From the NCBI RefSeq assembly GCF_001194135.2, contig NC_068983.1, positions 141,635,224-141,699,223 of the forward strand: 64,000 nt of DNA, written 5' to 3'. The notes beneath the pieces are model-generated. The model was not told where the DNA came from. It saw only the letters and a list, made by a program, of their open reading frames with translations, and ran no database searches. The position numbers were made by a program, and so were the translations under genes. The stretch's first letter is position 1. Every line of letters starts with the position of its first letter. This document shows, in pieces, positions 1 through 12,450 of this stretch. This DNA is from Octopus bimaculoides. Lineage: Eukaryota.

Positions 1-441
1 ATGAAGTTTGAAGTTGTTGTTCAATGTTGAGCACCACCATATGCATTTATCTCGCCAGTCCGTGATCGAGACGTGCATAGTAGCCACACGTGTACGTAAA
101 CATTTACATCAGTGACATATAATATGGCGGATGTTAAAAATATTTTCTGAAACTTTATCTGGCTTCAACTGGTAAAACCAGTCTTAAATCGAAATCAGAA
201 TTTACTTTTATTTCTAGACGTGATCATGAATGGGGATGAATAAAATGGCACGCAACAATCACAAACGCCCCCACACACACACCTTCCTTCTATTGAGAAG
301 AAAATATTAAATTTCGAAAGAACATTCAATGCTATCTTACGATCTATGGCACGTACTTGTTTCAATATCCTTTATAATAAAATTTCTCTCTTTAATTACA
401 ATTGAATTAATTATTCTATTAATAGCTTAGGCATCTTATAA

Positions 442-655
442 GGCGGCGAGCTGGCAGAATCGTTAGCATGCCGGGGAAAATGCTTAGTGACATTTCGTCC
501 GTCTTTACGTTCTGATTTCAAATTCTGCCAAGGCCCACTTTGCGTTTGGTCCTTTTGGATCGTTAAAAACAGTACCAGTTTAGCACTGGGGTCGATATAA
601 TCGATTTATCCTTCCCCCGTATTTGCTCGACTTGTGTTAAAATTTGACACCAATA
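442..655 (+). mobile_element. tRNA-derived SINE, family A
   Basis: Head GGCGGCGAGCTGGCAGAATCGTTAGCA with a TTCAAATTC B-box-like motif; shares the central ...AGTACCAGTT..CACTGGGGTCGAT block with many copies in this window. Confidence 0.8.
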
Positions 656-814
656 TATTACTCATCTACAGCTGTGAATATAGCTGGGGGTAATAGAGCC
701 AAACTTAGTAACATAAAGGTTTTCATCAAACCTGAAAAGCTAGAGAAAAATTTGAGCTCTTTCAGAACTGCACATGGCGAAAGCGGTGACTGACCTTCAC
801 AACTCTCTTGCTAC

Positions 815-1503
815 CAGTGGCGGTTCGTGTATAGGAACTGTGGAACTGCAGCACTCACTATTTCCACTCGATATAATCGATTACATTCAATATAATGACT
901 CCTTTTTTTTTCTTTCATTCTGTCGTTATACTTGTACATTATATAATCCTTAAGCTTAATGTCAGTAGCTAGTTTATGAAAAAAAAATCCTTGTATAGAA
1001 TTGTGCGCTTTACAGTTCCAATGAGGCGATGTTTGGCTGTTGTGCGCATGTTCACATATCCGAGATAGGAAGCTTCATATTAGTGGGGGTGAGAGAGAGC
1101 ACTGCGTGAACGACAGTGCTGGTTGAAATGTAGTGTTTCTTTTTGACTCTGCATGTTTTGTGCTTAAAAACGTGTTTATATTCTTGAATATGATAAAGTG
1201 TAGAATTATCTTGCTTCAAGATTCAGTGTTGCTGCCAGGATTTGAAAAATAGGGCGCATTTCCACCACCCCGCCCCCTTATTTTGTGGTTTAGTGGGGAT
1301 TTTTGAAAAACAAGGGGGAATTTGCGACGGTGTTCAGTGAACAAATTAAACACACTACCCAGCAGTGGCTAAATCGCGAACCGATCAAGTTTATGTATAA
1401 CGTTTCTTTTTATATGTTTGTTTCCTTTTACACCGTATTAATACAATGGCTAAAAATTTTCTGAAGCAGCATCCCCACTAATTTTATCTACGAGCCACCA
1501 CTG
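815..1503. mobile_element. Non-autonomous hAT-type DNA transposon (MITE), 689 bp
   Basis: TIRs CAGTGGCGGTTCGT (815-828) and ACGAGCCACCACTG (1490-1503). Perfect 8-bp TSD CTTGCTAC at 807-814 and 1504-1511; 8-bp TSDs are characteristic of hAT elements. Confidence 0.8.
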
Positions 1504-1822
1504 CTTGCTACACCTTTAGCGTGAATAAATTTATTGCAGTCTTCACGCATTCTAAGGCAGTGGGGTTGGTAGAATCACTAGAGAGATGAACAAATATCTT
1601 GCAGTGGTAATGTCCTTTAATATTCTGATTTCAAGTCCCATTGGCATCGACTTTGCTTCTTAACCTTCTGGAGTCAATAGAATAAAGTATAGAATCGATA
1701 TAATCGACTGTTCTCTTAAGTTTGCGGCCTTGTGCCTATGTGAGAAATTACGTTCTGCGTTCAAATCTCACCGTGGGTGATTTTGTATTTCATACTTCTA
1801 GGATTGATAAAAAAATAAGTAC

Positions 1823-2808
1823 TGTAGTGAAACCTCTCTCTCGGGCATTCAATCATAAATGATAACGAAGCTGCTAACATCTAGCCTTCGGCTACCTTGG
1901 ACCCTTCTGTCCAACATCCTGATTGGTTCTTATTTTGCGCGGCAATTGTCCCCATGTTCTGCTTACTAAGGGAGCATTCATCCAATCGTGGCTTTGGGAT
2001 AAAGTCACGTGATAGAGTTTTACTGGGTTTCCGGTGAGCCCTTTTTCACCTATAAATAAGGCCAATCCAACGACGGCAATCGTCTTCGATTTCAGATCTC
2101 TCACAGGTCTGGTCGTTGACCACACATATACAGAACACAGCTACAGCCAGTTCCAGCGCCTTCACCACCAATGTACTGTCTACCATTGTCGTCGCCAGCA
2201 ACACCAACATCAACAAGCGCGGTTTTATCTCGATGCTATATGAGTGGAGTTTCCACTCACGAACAACAGTCAGAACTAACCAGCGAGAATATTCCGCACC
2301 AGATAACAGATCACCGCATCCGACGCTCAACACACATGTGTATGAACATTCTATCTCCTTGTGTAGCTCTTATACGAACTGGTATTTCTCTATCGCAGTG
2401 TTTTAAGACTTTTTACAGTCTATGTTACAGACACTCTTTCTATGTTCTGTGTTTCCTCTGATTCACACGCACACTTGTACTCTCACATATTGTACACACA
2501 CTATTGTTTATACGACTGTCCGTCACTTCACATTGTTGTATACATTCTCTTGTACACGAAGGCCTGAATTATCTACTGTCTTAATTTTATGTCACAGACA
2601 CAAACAGTTTCACTTTGTAAATAAACGTATTCTCATTATATATCTAACGGTTGGGTTTGCCCTAAGTTCTTTTACTGGCACTCTTACGACGAGCCTATTA
2701 TCTTATATATAATCTTGTATTTTGTGTTGGACCGTGCAACATGGTAAAAAGGAGCCTTTTCCCGTCTACGTCGCCATCTCCTTTGGTTCGCACGGTCGAA
2801 GTATTACA
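1823..2808 (+). mobile_element. Solo LTR (probably Gypsy-like), 986 bp
   Basis: Termini TGTAGT...ATTACA (TG..CA, short inverted ends), 4-bp TSD GTAC (1819-1822 and 2809-2812), TATAAATA at 2051 and AATAAA at 2620. Confidence 0.6.
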
Positions 2809-3780
2809 GTACTATCAAGTTAACGGCGTCCTCTTCCTCAAACTGTATGTACTTGTATCTTTTCCACGTATTATTTAGTTCAGTCCTTCTCAGTTTCGAG
2901 TTCATATCCATCCGGGGTTGATTTCATTTTTACTGTGGTCTTATGAGTACTTGATAAATCAAATACTAATGTATTGTGTTTGGCGGTTGATTTAATTCAT
3001 TATTACTCGACCTTGCTGTATACTGCGTTTCTCTCTCCTTCTCAGAAGATTCTAAACACGGTTCTGTTCTTTTGAGTTACCTAACTACATAACCTTTCCA
3101 TTCATCCATCCATCCTATTCGATTCTTTTCCTCGTTGCTCTTACTCAATGTTACTATCCAGGCCGCACCAAACCCTTCGAGCTGATCTTTTAGGAATTGA
3201 TCTAGAATGTGCATTCGCCCGGGGTAGGCTGAGCTGACTCCGTGCAACGAGTTCACCATGTTCCTCACGAATGTTGACCACATCCGACAGTCGGCCCTAA
3301 CGTTCCAGCAGACAAAGTACTGTAATGCTTCAGTCTGCGGCCCAAATTTCTAGCTTACAAATTTGACAAATACCCTACTGGATGAGCAAGCGCATCGGAG
3401 AGCGCGACCGCCATAGCAATAATCGTCACTCGTTGTTGAGATGTAAAGTTCAGTCGGAAAACAAGTTCACATGTGATCCCCGACTACCTGCATACACACT
3501 TTGGGATAGTGTGATCCGTAGCAGCTCATCTTGCCGTCGATTGTCGACCGTCGCAAAGATTCGCTAACCAAGCTACCGCCGATTATCAAAGCAGATGAGG
3601 CTGAAACAATGTACCTCTTGACCCCCACCTCTTCTAGGCCCTGCAAATAAGTAGTTGTCCGCGACTGTTTCCATAACATTTGACATATTAGATAACAAGT
3701 TTTTGTTTGGTGTCGTAAGAGAAGTTTCCTCTTTTAAGGGTACACGCTGTCGTGTGTTTCCATAAGCTGGCGGTACGTAC

Positions 3781-3862
3781 CTGTACAGAAGTTACATTTG
3801 AAGAATTTGGTGGGGATAAGAACCAGTTTTGGAGTACACAGAGCAGTTGACAGATGAAACAT
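3781..3862 (-). CDS. Possible first coding exon of a divergent minus-strand gene (MFHLSTALCTPKLVLIPTKFFKCNFCT-G)
   Basis: ATG at 3862 preceded by an in-frame stop, strong donor CAG|GTACGT at 3781/3780, CpG-containing neighbourhood. No convincing in-frame downstream exon was found. Confidence 0.25.
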
Positions 3863-4606
3863 CGTCAGAACCAGCCACCTCGGTAGCTGAAGTGATCAGC
3901 GAAGTTCGCAGACTCGGCAACATTTTGCACGCAGAGGTAGGAGTCAAGAAAATAAGCTAGACAGGACTTTTGTTTCAAGTGTTCAAAGTGAGATGGTAGC
4001 AAATGTGATAGCTTTATTAGCAGCAGTGCTAATTAGAGTTCACTTGCTACATTGATGGCAGATAGGGGGCTACAAAGTTAGAAAAAGATCTTCTTAACGA
4101 CAGACGACGGTTTCTGTTATTAAACACATAAACAATTAGTTATAACGTAATTGGTATTCTATAGTTAATTTACTACAGTAACTTTAATCAGTAAAAGTAT
4201 CGTGTTAAACCGTATTTTCACAATAGAAGTCGACTGGACTCGATAACTGACAAGCAGTTCAAAGTTTTGTGTTTACGAGTTCTGAATATCGTGCAACGAT
4301 TAGCCCCAGTGATTCACCCATCCACGATTTTCGAGCCAGAAGTAAATGTGATACAGGATGTGTTGCTGGTATATCCGAGTTAAATGAAATTTTTATCCAA
4401 CGACATTTCATACGGTTGGGTTGCAATTTGAGAACGATCTGTTTATCTTTATATTTTCTTTTTTTTAACATATCAAAGGACTACGTCCAAATTCCTCGTT
4501 GACTAGTGTACCCACGTTTTACATAAGATCAACGATGTCACATATCAACATTTATGTCAGATACTTTACATGGCTTACAGTGAATGTAAAAGTTTTTTGT
4601 TTGGAA

Positions 4607-4820
4607 GGCGGCGAGCTGGCAGAAACGTTAGCACGCCGGGCGAAATGCTGAGCAGTATTTTGTCTGTCTTTACATTCTGAATTTAAATTCCGCCGATGTC
4701 GACTTTGCCTTTCATCCTTTCGGGGTCGATGAATTAAGTACCAGTTGCATACTGAAGTCGACCTAATCGACTGGCCCCCTCACCCTAAATTTCGGGCCTT
4801 GTGCTTAGAGTAGAAAAGAA
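4607..4820 (+). mobile_element. tRNA-derived SINE, family A (full length)
   Basis: GGCGGCGAGCTGGCAGAAACGTTAGCACGCCGGGCGAAATGC...GCCTTTCATCCTTTCGGGGTCGATGAATTAAGTACCAG...GGCCTTGTGC. Confidence 0.85.
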
Positions 4821-4942
4821 AAGCTTTTGCCTGACTATATACAGCACCTGAGACTGCAGCAACAATTGGGTCATTGCTTTCAACTACACCAACCTCACTA
4901 ATCTGAGAAAGAGGGCAAAGGTTGTAGACGTTGTCACCACAC

Positions 4943-5100
<158 letters not shown>

Positions 5101-5607
5101 TCAGTAAAAAAATAATCCAGACACTTTAGCAGGAACTGATCCCAGAAAGGTAGAATTGTTAGAGTTGTTGGTCAAAATGCATGCGTATTTAGCTACTAAC
5201 CTTTACATTTCTAATACCACCAAGGTCAACTTTGCTTTTCCTTCTTCGATATAATAAAGTTCCAGTCAAGTAATGAGTTGATCTAATTTTCCTAGAAAAC
5301 ATTTTAGATGTCAATTGAAATTACATTAGACAAGAAGCGCCAACATTATTTTAAAGCATGAACGACACTCGAAGCCTGATTGAGACTCTAAGCACGTAAA
5401 AAATTCTGGTGTCCCAATGTATATGGAATTCAAAACATAAACAATAATAAACCATAAAATAAACTTTTATTTTTCAAAATGAAACAAAGCTAACAATAAG
5501 ATAGAAATTAGTGTTTATTTTTATATACTTCCACTTTTTTATATATGAAAAGTTTTCTCTTACTTTCTTTAATTGCTTTGATCAGATCTTCACTATGACA
5601 CTATAAT

Positions 5608-5681
5608 CACTTCGAAATTACATCTCCGATCATTAAAACCACTTCGAAATTACATCTCCGATCATTAAAACCACTTCGAAA
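5608..5681. repeat. 32-bp tandem duplication (about 2.3 copies)
   Basis: CACTTCGAAATTACATCTCCGATCATTAAAAC x2 plus a partial third copy. Confidence 0.9.
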
Positions 5682-6920
5682 CCTCATTTAGCAAGTGAAT
5701 TCTTCTGTGCCGTAAACCTTTATCATTTCTGTGGTACCCCTTCCCTTTCCCTTGGTACCCTAAACACTAGCTTATTTTGCTTGATTATTAATCCAGCGCT
5801 GACAACTCGTAAGACATGTAGTTCTTACAGAAAGACGGAATGATCATAGATGAAATGCTTTCAGCATAACTGGTTAATCAAGGCTATTCTGGTGTCAAAC
5901 ACCTACAACTCTCAGCAGGGCTTAGAAAATGCCATGACAGTTATTATAACTGTTTCCCAGTATTTCTTTACACGTGTACTAGCGTGTTTATCCAATAAGC
6001 TACTAATACTGGCAAATTAGAGGAATAAGATCTTACTACCTTTCGTTTGTAAAAACATTTTGATGCAAGCACAAGTTCAGAAACTTTGGTGTCGAGCTTA
6101 TATAATTAAATCAACTCTAGTATGTAACAAAGTACTTTATTTATCGACCCTGAACAATTATCCCTTATTCTAACAGTAGTGCTTTACAGCTTCATGTCTT
6201 TACATACTGGTTTCAAATTCCTTTAAAAACATGTCTTTTTATCTTTCCCAATTGCAGTTAAGTACTGAGAATTGTAATTTTCTATGATATTTTTAGCCTC
6301 AGGTGTTAGAAAGTATGAAAAATCAATAGAGTACAGCATTGGAAGTAGATTAGCAGAATTGGTGAAGACTTAGGCAAAATGCTATTCAGTGTTAGGCTCC
6401 TTTATAATGTATGTTCAAATCCCACCAAAGTAAATGCCAATCCCCTCACCTAAAACATTTGTAGTCTTGCATCTAGGTTAAAAAATTAAATATATGTATT
6501 AATCCATTTCATTCCTCTTTGTTTTCCCTCTCATTACCCCTCCTTTAAATATAACATCAAGATTCTTGTATTGATGTAATTATCAGCTGCATTGCTCAAA
6601 ATACTGCAGTTCAACTTTATTTTGGAAAATTGCCTACATTAAACAGCTGATGGTGCAATCTTGACATAACTAAGCTGAATGAAATTTACCAAGACTTCAC
6701 TGACCAAATCAATAATTATTCCTATGTGTGTTGGTTAGGCTGTTTATAGAACTGTATCGACAAAATTTGTGTAGTCACAAATATCTGCAGTGCAGAAAAG
6801 AGAACATTTTTGTGTAAGATGACCTCTCTTTCTCCTTATATTATCAATCTCCTTCCTTCTATATCCCCCTTTTGTTTTAGTTTTTCATTTTTTTTTTGTT
6901 ATCAAATACCACCAGTGTAA

Positions 6921-7112
6921 CTGAGTTACATTCCTGAGAAGATACTCAATTTCACATTTAGGTTAAACCCCAACAGTAGGAAAAGTCAGGTTGTTAAAAT
7001 TTTGCATAGTATTGTTCAAGTAGAAAGTAAATCTGAGTTAAGTCAGCGATTTCTTTTTTGGATAACTAGATTGTTTGACCTTTATTCGTTTACTTGGCTG
7101 GGAGTGGAGTCT
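6921..7112 (+). pseudogene. Decayed galectin CRD central-exon-like sequence
   Basis: Frame starting at 6960 reads RLNPNSRKSQVVKILHSIVQVESKSELSQRFLFWITRLFDLYSF. It aligns without gaps to CRD4 HLNPRLNEEQVVLNHYCGGEWGEEERTSDYFPFMGSEPFELLIA (11/51 identities: LNP, QVV, S, FxF, FxL). No intact splice sites; stops flank it. Confidence 0.4.
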
Positions 7113-9139
7113 TGACTGATATAAGATACCTACACAGAATGTAGACTAAATACTTTCACCGAATTATCTTTCAGTCAAATTAACTTTTGGCTCAGATTCA
7201 TTTTAAAATTAAGTATTTGATAGAAAGAAAGAAAGAATAACTTAATAATAATGGGGAGGGGAGATTGAAATTTGAATTTTGAAAGAACATTCTAGACTGG
7301 TCTGACATGTTTTAATATTACTTACAAAGTAATGGTGAAACAGTATTATTTTTAATTAACAATACTATATTGCTACTGATGTAGTTGGCTAATTATACTG
7401 GCTTCTCTTAAAGAATCACCTTCAATAAAGTCTTTTCTAATTCAATAGATCTATCAATTTCATTATTTATTATTGTTTTATATGTTTTACAGTTTTTCTT
7501 TCTAAAGAAGGATCTAAGTTAATTTATTCTTATGATAAACATTTTTAAATGAGTTTTGTGGACAGACAAGTGTTGTAGCATGGCCACAAACCCAAGAATT
7601 AAAACAAGTAAAATAGTAAATGTTTCATCCTGCAAAGATCATGGATGTCCCTTGTCCTTTTTGGATAAGTCACTTAAAAAAAAAAACATAAAGCTAATAC
7701 AGTGTTTCATCCATCTGGTTTTATGGTTTAAATTCTGCTGCTGTCAACTTTGCCCTTCATGGCTTTGAGTCTAGTCAAAGAAAATCATTCAGCTTAAGAA
7801 TCTGACCAACCAAATTTTGAGTTTTGCTCTGTGTCGCTAATCAAAACATATACACTCGCAATGTTTTTTCTTTTTTTCTTAAACCATGGTATTTGAAAGA
7901 ATGTTATATTTTCTTAATCACCCATCTTCAATATGTCTAAATATAGCCTAGATAGTCATTTATAAGCATGTTCTTGAAATACTTTATTTAGTAAATGAAC
8001 TTCAGACTTGTTGAAGAAGATTAATCTCTTCATTTCTCACTGGTAAGGAACTAATCAAGCTGTGTCACTGCCTTTATCAGTCTCACAGCTTGGTAGGTTA
8101 GGTGTGTCACCTACTTAAGATAAACAAGTTACCAAACTATTCAGTCTGTTATTCTACTAAATATCAAATATACTAACATCAAGAGACATTAACACCAAAA
8201 CCAGAAGAAAATTATTGAAACGTTATGTGTCCCACTTTGTAACATGTTGTTGAAACAGACATTAATTATCAAACAAGTTGCATGGCTTTGAGATGTTGAG
8301 ATGTTAGCATAAAGAAACTTGCTATCATAGACCAGGCACAAAATTCATGATGAAGCACTAAAAATGGCAAAAACTAAAGACATTTTGTTGGACACATTTG
8401 AGTAAAAAATGGTCTCCAAATATTACGAGAGAAAGCAAAATAAATGGGAAGAAAGAAAGGGAATTACATAGATAGATAATATCAAAAATTGAACAGAGGT
8501 TAAATATTATAAATGTATAAGGACAACAAAAGAAAGATCAGGATAGTAACCCATGATATTCAACCTGCTTAGAACAGATGATATCTGATGGCAGTGATGA
8601 TTCTGCCATCAAAAGATTGTCCTGTGTTAGAACAGTTTAAGCTTTTGCTATACTTTAGCTTAACTCTTTCAGGTCCATTTTTCATCAGAATTATGTGTTT
8701 CCATGAATTTTGAAAAATCAAGAATTTCAAAGGTTTTAATAAAACGACAAACTACTCCATTATTAAGTTGCCATTTGAAACATAACTAAAATTTCATACA
8801 TACAATTATGATGCAATTTAATTGAAATATAAACACTATAAAAACAGTAAACTACCTGAAACAACCTCTAGTTCTGTGGTACAAAACTATCAAAAGGATT
8901 AATACTGATTTCTATCATTAGAACAAGGCTACAAATTTGGAGGTTTTATCCAGCTCTAATGCATATCTGTACTGTCCCTTTATTGACACTCAAGAAAGAC
9001 GATAAAGTGTTGTGGGGTTTAAACTGTAAGGCATTTAATTTAGTACTCTACTATTTCTTATATTCCATAACTCATTAATATTAGTAATATTGGCATTATT
9101 TACATTTGACAGATATTTGTCCTCATCTTGTTTGCTGTT

Positions 9140-9185
9140 AACACAATGTTTCGGCTGATAAACACTCCAGCCTTCATCAGGTGTC
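9140..9185 (-). ncRNA. Minimal type I hammerhead-ribozyme-like motif (degenerate) in SINE tail
   Basis: Minus strand reads GACAC-CTGATGA-A-GGCTG(GAGTGTTTAT)CAGCC-GAAAC-AT-T-GTGTT: core boxes, stem II and stem I are present; the expected GT of stem III is AT (CpG decay). Confidence 0.6.
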
Positions 9186-9232
9186 TTGGGGAAATTTCGA
9201 ACCTGGGATCTCATTCCTAAGGTATTTTTCGA

Positions 9233-9263
<31 letters not shown>

Positions 9264-9497
9264 GTTATTATTCAGATCACTGCCTGGAATCGAACTTGGA
9301 ATCTTGGGGTTAATAGCCCATGCTCTTAACCACTATGCTATATGCCCGTGGCGTAGTGGTTAAGAGCGTGGGCTACTAACTCCAAGATTCCAAGTTCAAT
9401 TCCAGGCAGTGACCTGAATAATAATAATAATGATAATAATAATAATAACATCAAAAAATACCTTAGGAATGAGAACCCAGGTTCAAAATTTCTCCAA

Positions 9498-9543
9498 GAC
9501 ACTTGATGAAGGCTGGAGGGTTTATCAGCCAAAACGTTGTGTT
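9498..9543 (+). ncRNA. Minimal type I hammerhead-ribozyme-like motif (degenerate) in SINE tail
   Basis: GACAC-TTGATGA-A-GGCTG(GAGGGTTTAT)CAGCC-AAAAC-GT-T-GTGTT: palindromic AACGTT stem III is intact; C3 and G12 of the core are mutated. Confidence 0.55.
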
Positions 9544-12267
9544 AACAACAAACAAGATGAGGACAAATATCCATCAAATGTAAATGTACATAATTCCTCA
9601 CCTCTTAAATATAGAACAGCAATATTAGCATCATTAAGTTTATACGTTATTATTTCTTAAACTGGTTCTGCAAAATATGTCTCCATTATCAAAATATATT
9701 CAGAATGTCATGTCCTCAACTGTTTTCATGACATTTTAAATTGGCACCTCATCCTGAAAAATATTTATATTGGGCTGCATCTGGCAAAATATAATACTTT
9801 TTCCTGATAAATGAAACAGCACATGTACAATTACCTGTACTATTCAAATATACAAGGAAGCACTACAATCTATTTAAGCCTAAAACATATTAGCTGATAG
9901 CCCAGTACCTTAACACTCAACTATTTTGTCTATACCTATATGATTATTTATTTGATGTGTTTGCTATTGTCTTATGATTTACTTATGATTTAAACAGGAT
10001 GCAAGGGAGTACCCATGTTGAGCATATGTTCTCTGCTACTAATCTAATGCAGGACAGAACCTATGTCCTTCATAAGTCACTGGTCAAATTATTTTTAAAG
10101 GTGTTCAATGTGAACATCTCTGAGTCAATTTCTACAGTAAAAAACGTAATCCCAGAGAGATAATCCCAGGGAACTGGCATTCTGAGGAGGGAGTATAATG
10201 GTTTGTGGCATCTGAGGGAGATGAGTATGAAGGCTAAAAAAGAGACCAGTATGGCAAATTAACTTAGATAGATATGGTATGTAACTAGCCAGCTCAGCAG
10301 AGCAAAGAGTGTAGTAGTGAAAGTGATAAAATAGACAGAATGAGGAGACATAACACTTGTAGGCCAGAGTTTGTAGAGAATCAGTAAGTCTTTATCAGCC
10401 ATTATGATGGTCTTATTTTGGATGAAGTTACTTTGAATACTGATCATCTTTAAGGGGTTTCACAATCAGATTCAAAGAGTGATAAAGTTAATCATTGGCC
10501 AATAATGGTCAAAATAGCTGAGCAAGCATAGTATCAGACAACAGACCCAAAGGTCTTTTCTTCAAAAGTTCTACAGACGTTTTGCCATCAATTTGAACTT
10601 TGATTTCAAATCTTGATGATGGCCAGAGACTGAAGCATAATGAATATGCATATATTGAAAAGTGTTTCAGATCTAAAGATAAAGCTGAAAAATATATAAC
10701 CTTGGTTACTCATTTCATGCATTTAGACAGTTAATAACGGGGCATTTAAATTTTGAAGTTACTTTATTCTGTATTTTCTTAAGTGAACAATGAGGAAGCA
10801 GCTGACAAAGCAGGGGAGGACTGTCAGTTCTTTTGATATTTGCTACCTTATGTCAGTGCTGAAAATGAGTTAATTTCAGAGATGATTTCATAAAATAACT
10901 GCCATATGTTTAAGCAACAGATTGCTATTTTTATAAATTATGTAGGAAATATAAGACACAGAGAGAAAATTAAGGTGGAAGTTATGAGTACATATTCTAA
11001 GCATATGTCCTTGACACTGTGAGATATAGAGGAAGGAATCAGATGCAATCTGAAAGAGTGACTGCTCATTCCAAGTCAGCTTTGATTGCACTCCAGCTAT
11101 GGCCTTTTAATATATCTATTATCCAATGTATCCTTCTTTAAGGCAGTAGATTATAATATGAGGGACATTTGAATGCTATTTCTAAGCTGCTTAAAGTTTC
11201 AAGTGACCATCCAGAAGGTTGTATGTGAATAATTATGACTGGGCTACTTTATAGTAATCATCTTTTAATGACAGATTTCCCATGATTATCTTAATTTTGA
11301 CACGATGTGTGCTTGCATGTGCATACCTGCACACATGCAATGTAAAATTTACTATCAAAGGAGCTGGACAACAGTTCAAACAGCACTGATATGTTGTTAC
11401 AGAGTTCAAGTTCTGTGTGACTTACCTACCTTAATTATCAAAGCACCTGTTCTTAATTATTTTTCAAAATCAGTTCTGATGAAAGACAATTAAAAGACAT
11501 TCCAGCTGAGGCCATCCCAGACACCATTTTTCTAGGACTTCCTGATTCAGTGGGTTTCTCCATTAAGACAGTAGGTGTGAGTTGAAATTTAGCTGCTATT
11601 TTTATTTCTTCAAGCAACCACATCATCATGGTGTTACTGATTAGCACAGCTCATATTGCTAATTCTTGATTGGCTCAGTGATTGCGAGAAAGGACATTTA
11701 TCTCCACAATTCTTCCAACAGAATGCAAATATACAAAAAAAAACCCACTCTCTTTCATGCTAGCTTAGAAATATTAAATCAATCAACATAATTTTAAATT
11801 AACATGGTTCAAAACTTAAGTAAAAATTTACTCTCTAACACTGTAAGAACAGTCTAGTGAATTTATACTGTAATGTACATATGTTATATTTTTGTGGTTT
11901 CATTCATTAGACTGTAGTCATAGCATAGTACAGTCTTCTAAAATGTTTATCAATCATATCAACTCCTGTACTTATTTCAGTCTAGTTCTTATTTTAATGA
12001 TCTTTTAACCAAATACCAAAGCACATTTACTCTTTTATGGCTCTTCAACTGTTATCTTTTCAGTCATTTTATGTTTTATTTTGTGTACCATGCATACACT
12101 TCTAGCTTTTGCTGTCTTTCTTTACTTGACTTTTTGATAGACTTATTGCTGCTTTCTGGTCCCTCTTTCATCCTTTTTCTGACAAGTTGTGCATCTGAGT
12201 ATTATATACAATAAGCTCATCGTCATCATCCTCATCATCATCATTATCATTATTATTATTATTATTT

Positions 12268-12450
12268 GCTGGCAGAATTGTTGGCATGCTCGACAAAATG
12301 CTTAAAGACATTTCATCTGTCTTTATATTCTGATCTCAAAGGTCAACTTTCATTCATCTTTCAGGGTTGATAAAATAAATACCAGTTGAGTACTGGGATC
12401 AATGTAATTGACTAGTCCCTGCCTTAAAAATTTTAGGTTTTGTAGAAAGG
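12268..12450 (+). mobile_element. SINE family A, diverged (partial second copy to about 12625)
   Basis: GCTGGCAGAATTGTTGGCATGC...TTTCAGGGTTGATAAAATAAATACCAGTTGAGTACTGGG. Confidence 0.75.

Larger units (their letters stand above)
9098..9585. mobile_element. Head-to-head inverted pair of a tRNA-derived SINE (about 490-bp palindrome)
   Basis: Arms 9098-9340 and 9349-9585 are reverse complements around an 8-bp spacer (TATGCCCG). Each arm has an A box TGGCGTAGTGG, a B box GTTCAATTCC, an (AAT)n tract and a common tail. Confidence 0.9.

Noticed and set aside
3077-3679. Minus-strand ORFs with apparent splice sites (GLEEVGVKR..., MWSTFVRN...)
   Set aside because: No recognisable domain, phases do not join with the 3781 donor, and the GGATGGATGGATGAATG end looks like a repeat tail; probably TE-derived.
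6290-6350. SGVRKYEKSIEYSIG as a decayed first exon partnering the 6921-7112 fossil
   Set aside because: Similarity is too weak and the segment runs into a SINE head.
7579-7615. ATG...AACAA|GTAAAA as the missing upstream phase-1 galectin exon
   Set aside because: The sequence matches the 3' end of SINE family B (CATGGCCAC...AAACAAGTAAAA).
9349-9410. tRNA genes at SINE heads (also 51551 and 41634)
   Set aside because: They have A/B boxes but continue into SINE bodies and lack a complete acceptor stem or cloverleaf.
9990-10160. TTTAAACAG|GATGCAAGG... as an upstream coding exon
   Set aside because: No good phase-1 donor and no homology support.
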